In this document: piece by piece, positions 49,572-59,460 of the stretch | Layout: the number at the start of each line of letters is the position of its first letter | Numbering within the stretch: position 1 is the first letter of the stretch | Assembly (NCBI GenBank): GCA_964421975.1 | Contig: CAYQZL010000003.1 | Coordinates: 1,310-65,309 of the forward strand | Source of the DNA: an uncultured Rikenellaceae bacterium | Lineage (GTDB): Bacteria; Bacteroidota; Bacteroidia; Bacteroidales; VadinHA17 | Direction of reading: 5' to 3' | DNA length: 64,000 nt | Position numbers and translations under genes: made by a program | The notes under the pieces: generated by a model | Database searches by the model: none | What the model saw: the letters and a program-made list of their open reading frames with translations, nothing else | What the model was told of the DNA's origin: nothing

Positions 49572-50405
49572 TCAGATGCTTGCTTTTTTTGACTTCCTGA
49601 GACCATATATTATAAATCCAATTCCCACTAAAATAAAAGGAAGGCTTAAAACCTGTCCCATATTTAATGCCATCTCATCCTCAAAGCCAACCTGATTTTC
49701 CTTTACAAATTCAATCAGAATTCTGGCTGGAAAAAATAAAACAGATCCTAGCCCAAAGAAGAATCCGTTTTTAAGTCTGTCTCTGAATTTCTTATAAAGG
49801 GTCATCATAATTGCAAAGATGAACAGATAAGAGATCGCCTCATACAATTGAGACGGGTGTCTGGGTACATTATCTACCCGCTCAAAGATCACACCCCAGG
49901 GCAAGGTAGTCGGAATGCCGATAATTTCAGAATTCATAAAGTTACCCAGTCTGATAAATCCAAAGCTCAATCCTGCAACAACCGCAATCAGATCAATGGC
50001 GTCAAGCATTGAATGTTTAGTTTTTCGCGAATAGAAATATAACGCAATGAGTAAACCTGATACACCACCATGGCTTGCCAATCCCTGATATCCGGTGAAC
50101 TTTATCCCACCATCAGGAAGGAAAGTAAGCGGCAGAATCATTTCAAGGGGATGTGATAAATAGTAAGATGGCTCGTAAAATAAACAGTGTCCTAATCGTG
50201 CCCCTGCAATAATCCCAATCATGCCAAAAATTGCTAATTTCTCCAGGTGCTCAGATGGAAGGTTTTCTCTTTTATAAATCCAGCCTAAAATATAGATGCA
50301 AAGGATCAATCCAACTACAAAGAGCAATCCATAGTATCTGATCGAAATCCCGAAGATATTTATTATCTCAGGGTCAGGATTCCAGCGGATATAGTTTAAA
50401 ATCAT
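49572..50405 (-). CDS. lgt: Prolipoprotein diacylglyceryl transferase
   Basis: N-terminal pattern and RLGNFMNSEIIG signature. Confidence 0.9.
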   Translation of the reverse strand: MILNYIRWNPDPEIINIFGISIRYYGLLFVVGLILCIYILGWIYKRENLPSEHLEKLAIFGMIGIIAGARLGHCLFYEPSYYLSHPLEMILPLTFLPDGGIKFTGYQGLASHGGVSGLLIALYFYSRKTKHSMLDAIDLIAVVAGLSFGFIRLGNFMNSEIIGIPTTLPWGVIFERVDNVPRHPSQLYEAISYLFIFAIMMTLYKKFRDRLKNGFFFGLGSVLFFPARILIEFVKENQVGFEDEMALNMGQVLSLPFILVGIGFIIYGLRKSKKASI

Positions 50406-50532
50406 ATTTGATGCTTCAATATTTTAATGAAAATCTTTATTAAAGAATTAATCTCTCAAATTTACGATCTTATGGTATTCCGGGAAATATTAATTTGTTA
50501 GATTTGAATTGATAAATGCTTATTTATTCAGT

Positions 50533-51390
50533 ATGAGAACTTACTACATTTTTTTGATTCTAATTATGAATTTGCATTCCCTCAGCTGCCAGGATGCCGG
50601 GGACAAGGAATTTTCATCAGGCCCGGAAAAGGGAACACTCATTATCATTGGTGGAGGTGATATAAGTGAATCACTGAATAAAAAGATAATTGAAATAAGC
50701 GGAGGTCTTGAAATTCCTATCGTGATTATTCCCACAGCTGACGGGAAAGAAAACTATGATGAAAATTTTGGTGAAGCAGGATTGCTCAGGAAAATGGGTG
50801 CAACCAATGTCACAGTTCTGCATACGAATGACAGGAATGTTGCGAATACCGAAGAATTTGTAAAGCCACTTTTGAATGCCAGGCTGGTCTGGTTTAGCGG
50901 GGGGCGTCAATGGAGACTTGTTGATGCGTATAAGAATACCCTGACCGAAAAGATGCTATGGAAAGTTCTTGAAAACGGAGGTACGATAGGAGGATCTTCG
51001 GCTGGCGCTACAATTCAGGGCAGTTTTCTTGTACGTGGAGATACTAAGAATAATCAGATCATGATGGGGGATCATCAGGATGGATTTGGCTTTCTGAAGA
51101 ATGTCGCCATTGATCAGCATGTACTTGCCAGAAACCGGCATTTTGATATGTTTGAAATACTGAAGAATCGTCCTGAATTACTTGGAATTGGCATTGATGA
51201 GTCAACAGCAATAATAGTGAGAGGAGATATTTTTGAAGTAGCGGGGAAAAGTTATGTTGTTGTTTATGATGGGAAATTCTGGTCGAGGGAGGGCTCGGAG
51301 TTAAAGCAATTACCTGAGAAAGAACAGATCTTCTATTTCCTCCGGGAAGGCGATAGATACAATCTGAGGGAAAGGATGTTAATTAAGTGA
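50533..51390 (+). CDS. Cyanophycinase-like peptidase S51
   Basis: IIGGG, IPTADG and GGSSAGA nucleophile motif. I prefer the ATG at 50533. Confidence 0.7.
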   Translation: MRTYYIFLILIMNLHSLSCQDAGDKEFSSGPEKGTLIIIGGGDISESLNKKIIEISGGLEIPIVIIPTADGKENYDENFGEAGLLRKMGATNVTVLHTNDRNVANTEEFVKPLLNARLVWFSGGRQWRLVDAYKNTLTEKMLWKVLENGGTIGGSSAGATIQGSFLVRGDTKNNQIMMGDHQDGFGFLKNVAIDQHVLARNRHFDMFEILKNRPELLGIGIDESTAIIVRGDIFEVAGKSYVVVYDGKFWSREGSELKQLPEKEQIFYFLREGDRYNLRERMLIK

Positions 51391-51501
51391 AAAATAAATG
51401 CAGATTATAAAGGATTTTATTAATCTGGACCAGTGCTTTGAACCTCTTCAGCAATATAGCTTGCAGCGGAAGGCACAGACCTGAAAGAAACAAGAGATCA
51501 C

Positions 51502-52011
51502 ATGCGGGAATGGATTAAGGCAAACAAATTGAGTTTCAAAGTTGGTTCATCCGAATGGAGTAATTTTTTCGGATTACCAATTGGCTTATTAATTTTTGGA
51601 TTAATGATGCTTGTCTTTGTTTTAGGGCCAAAGGATTCAGCTGAGTCAACTCATTTTTTGATAGCCTTCTTCATTTTAGCTGTTTCTGGCGTAATAACTT
51701 ATGCTGTACAACTTAGAAAACTGAGGTTTAAGACATTTGAATTAAAAAGAGATCCTGAAGGTTTCAGGAAAGAGGTTCGGGAAATCCTGATTACGAATAA
51801 TTGGGAAATCGAATATGATAATAAGCTGTTTATGCAGGCAGTACAGAGAGGTAGTGTATTAAATCTGGACATGGTTATTTTAGTATTTAAAGAAAGAGTT
51901 ATCAGATGGAATGTCATACACCACCCTGAAAGTCGTAATTCGATAGCAGCCCTGTTATCATTAAACCGATACGGCAGGAGAATAATTAAACAGATAAAAG
52001 CCTGTACATAA
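51502..52011 (+). CDS. Hypothetical 2-TM membrane protein
   Basis: ORF with two hydrophobic helices. Confidence 0.4.
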   Translation: MREWIKANKLSFKVGSSEWSNFFGLPIGLLIFGLMMLVFVLGPKDSAESTHFLIAFFILAVSGVITYAVQLRKLRFKTFELKRDPEGFRKEVREILITNNWEIEYDNKLFMQAVQRGSVLNLDMVILVFKERVIRWNVIHHPESRNSIAALLSLNRYGRRIIKQIKACT

Positions 52012-52205
52012 AAAGAAAATAACTTTAAGGTTCGTTCAGGTTTTGGTGGTAATAATGTTGTTTTTAATAGCCATTATTGACGGAAAAGGGATTCTGGCAA
52101 ATGGCTCATGTTTCAAGAACCGCTTTTGCCATGACTATGTTAATCATATTTTAAATTGTCCACAACCAGTCGATCCCCAAAGCCCATTCCGGCAATGATT
52201 GTTTT

Positions 52206-52793
52206 TTAATAATATTTTTCAATTCCTCCATAACCTTTTATAAGTTTATTTTTTCGTGTTTTATCGATAAAGCTGGAAAGTCGTTTTTTAAACTCATCTG
52301 GTCTGTTACGGGCACTGTCAATATAGGCGATGCGAATTCTTTTATAAGAATCCGAAAACATTTGATAATTCTCCCATGCCGTTCTATCTTTTTTTATCGT
52401 CTCAATAATATCGGAAGGGGGTAGGAATTTGTCATTAATTGTATGTTTTACAATAAGCTCAAGTGAAGGATGGATCATTTTTTTATCAAAAAGCCATTTT
52501 AGTCTTTCTTTATTAGCCTGTGAATAATCACTTTTAGGATTTCTTGGAGTAAATCGTTGAATAGTATTGTTGTTGTCAAGTGCTTTTATTGTACTATCAA
52601 TCCATCCAAAACAAAGAGCTTCCTCGACAGCGTCGTTGTACGGAATACGGATTTTCCCGCTATTTTTTTTGGGATAAACCAGCCAGATTTCTGTTGATTT
52701 GTCAAAGTTTTCACTAAGCCAATCCCGCCATTCATTTCTTGTTGTCACATAAAGAGTTTTGTTTGTAGTCATGGCACTTTGATATTTGTACAT
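52206..52793 (-). CDS. YdeI/OmpD-associated family protein
   Basis: WRDWL...EIWLVYPKK...YNDAVEEALCFGWIDS pattern. Confidence 0.65.
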   Translation of the reverse strand: MYKYQSAMTTNKTLYVTTRNEWRDWLSENFDKSTEIWLVYPKKNSGKIRIPYNDAVEEALCFGWIDSTIKALDNNNTIQRFTPRNPKSDYSQANKERLKWLFDKKMIHPSLELIVKHTINDKFLPPSDIIETIKKDRTAWENYQMFSDSYKRIRIAYIDSARNRPDEFKKRLSSFIDKTRKNKLIKGYGGIEKYY

Positions 52794-52957
52794 AAGTTGG
52801 CCGGATAATACCGGTTTTTTTATGTTTATTAAAAGTAGACATAATTTTTCATCCAGTTTTCATTTAAAATCTGCCACCAACCGGAAACAAACCTGGAATT
52901 GGTCTGGTATGTATCGGATTTTAAGCGGACCAAAAGTGGCATTTTTAAATTCTCCGC

Positions 52958-53096
52958 TGATGGGAAAGCCCGAAGCATTGATCACTTCTGGCCGGTCTGA
53001 AGTTCAAAAATATAATGTATTTAAAAACAGCCATTTACAGCCGGCTGGCGATGGTCAACCAACTCCGGCTGAGAGTGGTCAAGGTTAACGGCTTAT
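52958..53096 (+). repeat. MITE-like dispersed repeat, copy 1 (core 52978-53082 bounded by TTGATCAC ... GTGGTCAA)
   Basis: Near-identical to 60642-60781. It has internal sub-repeats CCGGCTG-N5-TGGTCAA x2 and an inverted TTGATCACTTCTGGCCGG. Confidence 0.7.
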
Positions 53097-53277
53097 GTAA
53101 TAATACATGAACACAATATTTATCTTCACCAGCCGGAGCTTCAGTTTCTGAAAGGGAGCAGGAACAAATTTATTACCATTCTGAACAGAAAGAATTTAAG
53201 CTTTTCTTAAAAAAAAGCTAAATTTCTGTAACAAAAGTGTTCACTGATGTACTAAATAAATAAAGGGACCAATTCAT

Positions 53278-53799
53278 ATGGAGAACAAAGAAGAACAGTT
53301 CCGGAAGATAATTTCCGGAAACAAAAAAAAAATAGTACACATATGCAGGTATTATGCTCCGACACCAGATGACCAGATGGATATCTATCAGGAGATCCTG
53401 ATGAATATATGGAGAAGCCTTGATTCATTCCGGGGGAAGTCTGAGATCAGCACCTGGGTTTACAGGATAGCGATAAATATTGCTTTAAGGTATGCAGGTA
53501 AAAATTACAACCAGATGAAGATGAATGTGGATATTGATTCACCGGAAATCAGGAACACTCTTACAGGAGAGGAAGATGATACATTTGTGAGGGAAGAACA
53601 ACTGCAGAATCTGCAAACGCAGCTGAACCAGTTAAGCATTATCGACAAGGCGATCATGGGGCTTGTCCTGGATGAGCTTTCAACCAGGGAAATTGCAGAC
53701 ATAATAGGCATTACGGAGCCCAATGTCAGGGTAAAAATACACAGAATAAAGGAGACATTACGTGAAACAATGAAAGGAGGCCGGTATGAATACAGATAA
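53278..53799 (+). CDS. ECF-type RNA polymerase sigma-70 factor
   Basis: Region 2 (DIYQEILMNIWRSL...) and region 4 (LSTREIADIIGITEPNVRVKIHR). Confidence 0.85.
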   Translation: MENKEEQFRKIISGNKKKIVHICRYYAPTPDDQMDIYQEILMNIWRSLDSFRGKSEISTWVYRIAINIALRYAGKNYNQMKMNVDIDSPEIRNTLTGEEDDTFVREEQLQNLQTQLNQLSIIDKAIMGLVLDELSTREIADIIGITEPNVRVKIHRIKETLRETMKGGRYEYR

Positions 53800-54382
53800 T
53801 AAAACAACAGGCAAAGAAATTCTGAAAAACAGCAGCAATGCAAATAATTTCAATGATATGAATACCTTAATGACCAGGTTTAAAGAAGAAGATAACAGGA
53901 ATACCAGGAAAATGAAATTTTTCAAATGGCTTTTTCTTGTTATGATAATCATCTATACGGCACTTTTTGTTGTCAATCCCGATCCTTCTCTTGCTATGCG
54001 CTACAGGATTTCAGGGCTTTGTTTTGTCAGCGCATTTGCATTATTCGCTGTATTTTTTAAAAAGTATCATTCTGAATTCCGCAAGGTCGACTATTCTGTA
54101 TCTTCATTCGAAATGCTGAACCAGGCGGCTAAACGCTATGATCTGACCTTCAGCCGGTATTTATTTATGCTGCCATCAATCCTGCTTATAGATGCCGCCG
54201 TGGTAGTTTCCGAAATAAGCGAATGGACAACAGTTGAACTGTTAAACAGGATACTATACGTTCAGGCTTTTTATATCCCGATAATGCTGATATCGGCATT
54301 TACAGGATACCTGATATGGCGAAAGAAGCAGAAGCCGTTACGTGATGCCGCTTTACGACTTCTGGAAGAGCTGAAAGGCTAA
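53786..54382 (+). CDS. Membrane protein, candidate anti-sigma factor
   Basis: It overlaps the sigma gene stop by 14 nt and has about 4 TM helices. Confidence 0.45.
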   Translation: MNTDNKTTGKEILKNSSNANNFNDMNTLMTRFKEEDNRNTRKMKFFKWLFLVMIIIYTALFVVNPDPSLAMRYRISGLCFVSAFALFAVFFKKYHSEFRKVDYSVSSFEMLNQAAKRYDLTFSRYLFMLPSILLIDAAVVVSEISEWTTVELLNRILYVQAFYIPIMLISAFTGYLIWRKKQKPLRDAALRLLEELKG

Positions 54383-54501
54383 GGATTTTCCACTATATCG
54401 GCTTCCCTGTAGTTTGTTCCAATTTTCTTTTAAGATATAATTGTTTCAGACCTTGACAGGTATCACCTTACACACTATTCCAGGCTTTCGGCTTTTGCAG
54501 T

Positions 54502-56682
54502 TTACAACATCCCCTGCTTCTCAAGCCATTTCCTTACTCTTTCATGCTCTGCCTGGTATTTGGCTTCCGTGTCTTTTACGATATCCTGAAATTCAGGATC
54601 ATTTCGGATCCTGTAAAATAATGGATCATATTTTAAATAAAGTATCCACCATAAAGAAAAATTACTTCTTCTTTCAAATTCATGGAGATACTTGTAGGCT
54701 TTTTCCTTTTCACCTAAAAATGCATACGTTGCTGCTAAATCATATATTGCAGCATTTGATCTTGATTGCCGTCTATTGAGTCTTAGAGCCTCTTCACTAA
54801 ATTTAATCTGCTGGTCAAAATAGTACTTTGCTTCTTTTTCTTTACCAGCACGGTTGAATGCATAACCTATCCGATGAGAGGCCTGCAAATTTAACTCACC
54901 TGACTTCTTATATTGGTCCTCTAATCTTTTTGCGAGTAAATATGCTTCTTCTACTACATCACCTAACATCATTAGCTCAAATGGGAAGTAAGTCGAATTT
55001 TTTTTGGCTATTTCTCGCTCAATCCTGAGGCCTTCTTCAATATTTCCCGAGTAAAATGCAAATTCTGCAAGCTCACCAAGTCTATGATTAATGCCACTAT
55101 CAATTACAAATGCTTGATCATAATAATATTTTGCTTTGTCTGGCAAGCCAATGTCCTGATATATATGACCCAGAGCTCTTAATAATAGCGGACGATCATT
55201 ATTCCCACAAAGGTTTAATGCATTATTATAGTTATCTATACATTTGATAAAATCAATCGAAAGCCAGGTCAGAATATATCCTTTATCCAGATATACAGCA
55301 AGGTAATTCGGATTATATTTTAAAGCATTATCAAAATGAGTTATAGCCATATCAAATTCTCCCTTTGCCATGTAATATTTCCCTTTTAAATAATATGCCT
55401 CATCCAGTTTGTCATCAATGGATAAAGCCTTATCTATCAAAGTCAGCATTGAATCCAGGTAGTCTTCTTTAAAAAAATCTTCCCACTGGTACCTTATCAT
55501 AAAGGCATTGGCCAAACCACTATAAGCTCTTGCGAAAGTAGAATCTTCTTTAAGGGCGTCCCTATACAAGTTTACGCTTGTATAATAATCGCTTATGTCC
55601 TTATTTTTTCCATATTCCTTTAGAAAATCGTTTGCTTTTATGTATGAATTATATGCTGGTATGCTTGATGTAGGATTCTTATCAATGAGTTGTTTTTCTT
55701 CAGGGGTTATGATTGCTTCAATTTTAGTAGCTACCAACTGAGCTATTTCACTTACCAAAGAAAATACCTCATCTATATTTGAATCATACTTATATGACCA
55801 TAAATGCTTATCTTTCCTACCATCAAGTAGCTGAACAAATAATTTGACTTTATTTCCGTCTCTATGACCGCTGCCTTCAAGAATGTAGTTTACATTCAGT
55901 TTTTTTGCAATAGTTGGGATAGATTCCGGATTATCACGGTACTGTTCAACTGTTGTGCGACTTCGCACACTAAGGTCTTCTATTTTGCAAAGATTATCAA
56001 GGATAGCTTCCATAAGTCCATTAATGAAATACATACGCTCCTGATCAGGACTATCGTTTACAAATGGCAATACAGCTATTGATTTTTCACGTTCCTGTTT
56101 TTGCCTGCCCCCACCTATGATTCCTGTTATAGACAAAACTACCACAACGATTGCTATGAGTAGGATCAAGGATGAAATCAAACCTGTCAACCTTTTCTTT
56201 TGAGCTGCAGCACTTTTTTTGGGTTCCCCGGATTCCTTGCTTTCCAACCTGATCTCTTCAACTGGCCTGGCTTTAGCTTCTGTTCTACCCTCCTGGAACT
56301 TGAGATACCACTTGATGATAATATCAAGATTATTCAGAACTGGTTTAACCTGCTCAGGATCAAAATCTTTTGGATGTGCACCATAAGTTGAAAGTTCATT
56401 CAGCCCGTGTATTGATGTTATTATGTGGGAAGGAACTATTTCCTCTTTATGGAGCTTATCTATGATTCCTTTTAGAGGTTCGGTTTTTCTGGGCCTTTTC
56501 AGTTCACATTCACATAGATCAGTTATGATAACCTCAAGGCATCTCCTTGAATATAGAAGGATCATATTCTCATCATCAGCTTTTATAAGCTTTTCCAGTT
56601 CCTTTTCGAGTTCGGGAAGCTGACCTCTGAAGGATTCATAAAGCTTCTCAAGTTCTTTTATTTCGGCTGACCAGATTGGCAT
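54502..56682 (-). CDS. DUF4145-like / TM / TolB_N-like / TPR protein (paralog B)
   Basis: See paralog A. It shares the C-terminal KYDPLF...AKYQAEHERV.KWLE.QGML with paralog C. Confidence 0.7.
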   Translation of the reverse strand: MPIWSAEIKELEKLYESFRGQLPELEKELEKLIKADDENMILLYSRRCLEVIITDLCECELKRPRKTEPLKGIIDKLHKEEIVPSHIITSIHGLNELSTYGAHPKDFDPEQVKPVLNNLDIIIKWYLKFQEGRTEAKARPVEEIRLESKESGEPKKSAAAQKKRLTGLISSLILLIAIVVVVLSITGIIGGGRQKQEREKSIAVLPFVNDSPDQERMYFINGLMEAILDNLCKIEDLSVRSRTTVEQYRDNPESIPTIAKKLNVNYILEGSGHRDGNKVKLFVQLLDGRKDKHLWSYKYDSNIDEVFSLVSEIAQLVATKIEAIITPEEKQLIDKNPTSSIPAYNSYIKANDFLKEYGKNKDISDYYTSVNLYRDALKEDSTFARAYSGLANAFMIRYQWEDFFKEDYLDSMLTLIDKALSIDDKLDEAYYLKGKYYMAKGEFDMAITHFDNALKYNPNYLAVYLDKGYILTWLSIDFIKCIDNYNNALNLCGNNDRPLLLRALGHIYQDIGLPDKAKYYYDQAFVIDSGINHRLGELAEFAFYSGNIEEGLRIEREIAKKNSTYFPFELMMLGDVVEEAYLLAKRLEDQYKKSGELNLQASHRIGYAFNRAGKEKEAKYYFDQQIKFSEEALRLNRRQSRSNAAIYDLAATYAFLGEKEKAYKYLHEFERRSNFSLWWILYLKYDPLFYRIRNDPEFQDIVKDTEAKYQAEHERVRKWLEKQGML

Positions 56683-56825
56683 TGGCTCAACTTTTTGATT
56701 AATTCAGAATTTTGGTTTATTGGTTCCTTGTTACTCGTTCCTGGTTCTTCGGTGTACTTCCCAGGACATCAGGTACTTGTTATCTGCTAATCTCTGTATC
56801 ACCTGTCGCCTGACGCCTGAAATGT

Positions 56826-56937
56826 AAAGTTAGGCTATCCTCATGCCAAAGTCAATTTTTTTCAACCTCTGAGAAGATTATTACATTTGAAGATTGTCCT
56901 AGAAAAAGTTTTTAGGACTTTTCACGACTGGTCATTT
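56826..56937 (-). promoter_or_regulatory. Conserved promoter/leader block of paralog B (duplicate of 59350-59460)
   Basis: About 112 bp aligns with the block upstream of paralog C. The minus strand contains TAACTTTA in B versus TAACTTTG in C, a -7-like box. Confidence 0.5.
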
Positions 56938-56953
56938 ATATCACTCACAAATG

Positions 56954-57018
56954 TTCTTGTAAGTGTCTGATTTTCCAGAAATCCGTTCTTTTTTGACCAC
57001 TTCAAGGAAAGGTCTGAC
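56954..57018 (+). repeat. Dispersed repeat CTTGTAAGTGTCTGATTTTCCAGAAA...TTGACCACTTCAA (copy 1)
   Basis: Highly similar to 62825-62889. The TTGACCACTTC...GGTCTGA part resembles the left end of the MITE-like repeat. Confidence 0.6.
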
Positions 57019-57131
57019 AGCTTAAACATTTATTAACAGCAAGCTTTTAACTCTAGAATGCTAAAAAAGGGAGATCTAGTTCTGGATTTGAGTTGTGAAT
57101 TATTATGGATAATTTTGATCAGAATGTTGGT

Positions 57132-59318
57132 TTACAGCATTCCCTGCCGCTCAAGCCATTTCTTCACCCTTTCATGCTCTGCCTGATATTTGGCTTCCAT
57201 GGTTTGAAGAATATTTTTAAATGGTTCTTCGCTTTTAATTGTATCAAATAGAGGATCATATTTTGTCAGCGTTATCCACCATTTTGGAAAAAAATTCAGT
57301 TTAATGAAGTCATTTAAATTTATGTATGCTTTTTCCTTATAACCTAAAAAAGCATAGACTGCTGCAAGATTATATTGAGCCTCCTTTGAACTTGCATAGA
57401 ACCTTCCCTTTTCAATGCTCTCAGTACAATACTTGATTTGTTCATTGAAATAGTAATCGGCTTCTTTAAGTTTACCCATCTTCCAAAAGGAATATCCGAT
57501 TCGATGAGAATGATACAGAGGTAGTTTTCCTGTTTCTTTAATCTGTTCTATATATTTGACAGCCAATAAATATGCTTCCTGATTTCGTCCCTCAATATTC
57601 AATTCGACTAAATTATTATAATCATATACGGAGTCTGTTGCAAAGGCTTTATCTCGCCATTTTCCAGCTGCAGCAAAATTTTCATTACTCCATTCTATAT
57701 TCTCCAAATTTCTGAAATAAGCAGCTGAATCTCCATCCAGCGTATATGCCTCATTATAATAATATTTTGCTTTATCAATGAATCCTACATCCAAATAATA
57801 CTGTGCTATGTGCCTTAAGTATGTTGGTAACATTACGCCATGATACCTGTTTATTGCCTTATATGCATTCTTAAATGTTTCAACATAATCTTTTAATAAA
57901 TGCGATATTTTCGTTTTTTGGGCATATGCCAAATAATCATTAGGATTGTATTTCAATGCTCTGTCATATTCTTCAGAAGCCTTTTCTATTAAGCCTTTTG
58001 CGTAATAACAATTCCCCCTAAGGATATATGCATCAGACAGTTTATCATCGATTGATAAAGCTTTATCTGCAAATATCAGAGCGGAATCCATGAAGTTCTC
58101 ACTAAAATATTCATTCCAGAAATGTTTGTTCAAATAGACTCTTGCCAGACCTGTATAAGCCTTAGCAAATGTGGCATCATATTTTAGTGCTTTTAGAAAG
58201 GAATCTTCAGCATTTTGAAGGGCCTCTTTATTCCTATTATCAAGCTCATATTTTGTAAGTTCCTCGTTTCCTCTTTGGTAAAAATCATCAGCTGTCAGGC
58301 TTGAGGTAGGGATTTTTTCAATTAGTTGTTTTTCTTCAGGGGTCAGAGCAGTTTTAAGTTCTGCCGCGACAGATACCGCAATCTCACTTATTATCTTTAT
58401 ATAATCATTTACCTCTCTAATTTCCTGATCATAAGCTTTAGCCCAGAGATGAGATTCTTTACCCTTAGCCTTAATTAACTGTACCGTTACACTGAAAGAA
58501 TTCCCATACTTTTGTCCGCTTCCCTCAAGGATGTAATTGACGTTCTGCTCTCTTGCAATCTCAGGAATTGTTTTGTCGGTATTCCTGTATTGTTCCATAG
58601 AAGTACGGGAAAGGACACGAAATGACTTTATTAATTGAAGATTAGTTGTGACCCTCTCCATAAGACCATTAATGAAATATAAATATGTAGTATCTCTGCT
58701 CTCAATTCGAAAGGGCAATACAGCTATTGATTTTTCAAGTTCCTGTTTTTTAATGACACCTGTAAAGTATAGGACTCCAATTATAATTACAATAGCCATT
58801 ATGACCGCCGAGAGCCATACCCCCAATCTTTTATGAGGGACCTGAGTACTTGTCTTTACATCTTCAGCGTTTTTTTCTTCCTTTCTTATCTCTTCAACTG
58901 GTTTTTCTTTAAATTTTGCTTTGGCCTCCTTATACTTCAGATACCACTTTATGATAATATTAAGATTATTCAGAACTGGTTTTACCTGTTCCGGATCAAA
59001 GTCTTTAGGATGCGTCCCGTATGTGGATAGGTCGTTCAGACTATGCATTGAAGTTACTATGTGAGCAGGTATTTTCTTTTCCTTGTTAAGTTTATCAATA
59101 ATACCCTTGAGAGGTTCTGTTCCCCTTTCTCTTTTTAATTCACACTCGCATATAAAGGAAACAATTATCTCGAGACATCTCCTGGAATAGAGTAGGATAA
59201 CATTTTCATCCTCAGTTTGTATCAGGTGTCCCAGCTCTTTTTCAAGGTCAGGGAACTGATTTTTAAGAGAATCATAAAGTTTTTCAAGTTCTTTTATTTC
59301 TGCCGACCAAATTGACAT
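57132..59318 (-). CDS. DUF4145-like / TM / TolB_N-like / TPR protein (paralog C)
   Basis: 96/128 identical to paralog B over the N-terminal domain by my hand alignment. Confidence 0.7.
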   Translation of the reverse strand: MSIWSAEIKELEKLYDSLKNQFPDLEKELGHLIQTEDENVILLYSRRCLEIIVSFICECELKRERGTEPLKGIIDKLNKEKKIPAHIVTSMHSLNDLSTYGTHPKDFDPEQVKPVLNNLNIIIKWYLKYKEAKAKFKEKPVEEIRKEEKNAEDVKTSTQVPHKRLGVWLSAVIMAIVIIIGVLYFTGVIKKQELEKSIAVLPFRIESRDTTYLYFINGLMERVTTNLQLIKSFRVLSRTSMEQYRNTDKTIPEIAREQNVNYILEGSGQKYGNSFSVTVQLIKAKGKESHLWAKAYDQEIREVNDYIKIISEIAVSVAAELKTALTPEEKQLIEKIPTSSLTADDFYQRGNEELTKYELDNRNKEALQNAEDSFLKALKYDATFAKAYTGLARVYLNKHFWNEYFSENFMDSALIFADKALSIDDKLSDAYILRGNCYYAKGLIEKASEEYDRALKYNPNDYLAYAQKTKISHLLKDYVETFKNAYKAINRYHGVMLPTYLRHIAQYYLDVGFIDKAKYYYNEAYTLDGDSAAYFRNLENIEWSNENFAAAGKWRDKAFATDSVYDYNNLVELNIEGRNQEAYLLAVKYIEQIKETGKLPLYHSHRIGYSFWKMGKLKEADYYFNEQIKYCTESIEKGRFYASSKEAQYNLAAVYAFLGYKEKAYINLNDFIKLNFFPKWWITLTKYDPLFDTIKSEEPFKNILQTMEAKYQAEHERVKKWLERQGML

Positions 59319-59349
59319 GGCTTTGCGAAATTGTTCATAATATCAACTC

Positions 59350-59460
59350 AAAGTTACGCTATCCTCACACCAAAGTCAATTTTATTACCTTCTGACAAGG
59401 TTATTGCATTCAAAGATTGTTTTAGAAACCTTTTTTGGGACTTTTCATGACTGATCATTT
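59350..59460 (-). promoter_or_regulatory. Conserved promoter/leader block of paralog C with -7-like TAACTTTG (59349-59356, minus strand)
   Basis: It aligns with 56826-56937. The -7-like box lies 31 nt upstream of the ATG. Confidence 0.5.

Noticed and set aside
52786-53088. 100-aa plus-strand ORF ending ...PAGDGQPTPAESGQG.
   Set aside because: Its 3' half is the MITE-like repeat, which also occurs at 60642-60781 in a non-coding context with a different flanking frame. Its 5' end overlaps the YdeI gene start. I treat it as repeat DNA.
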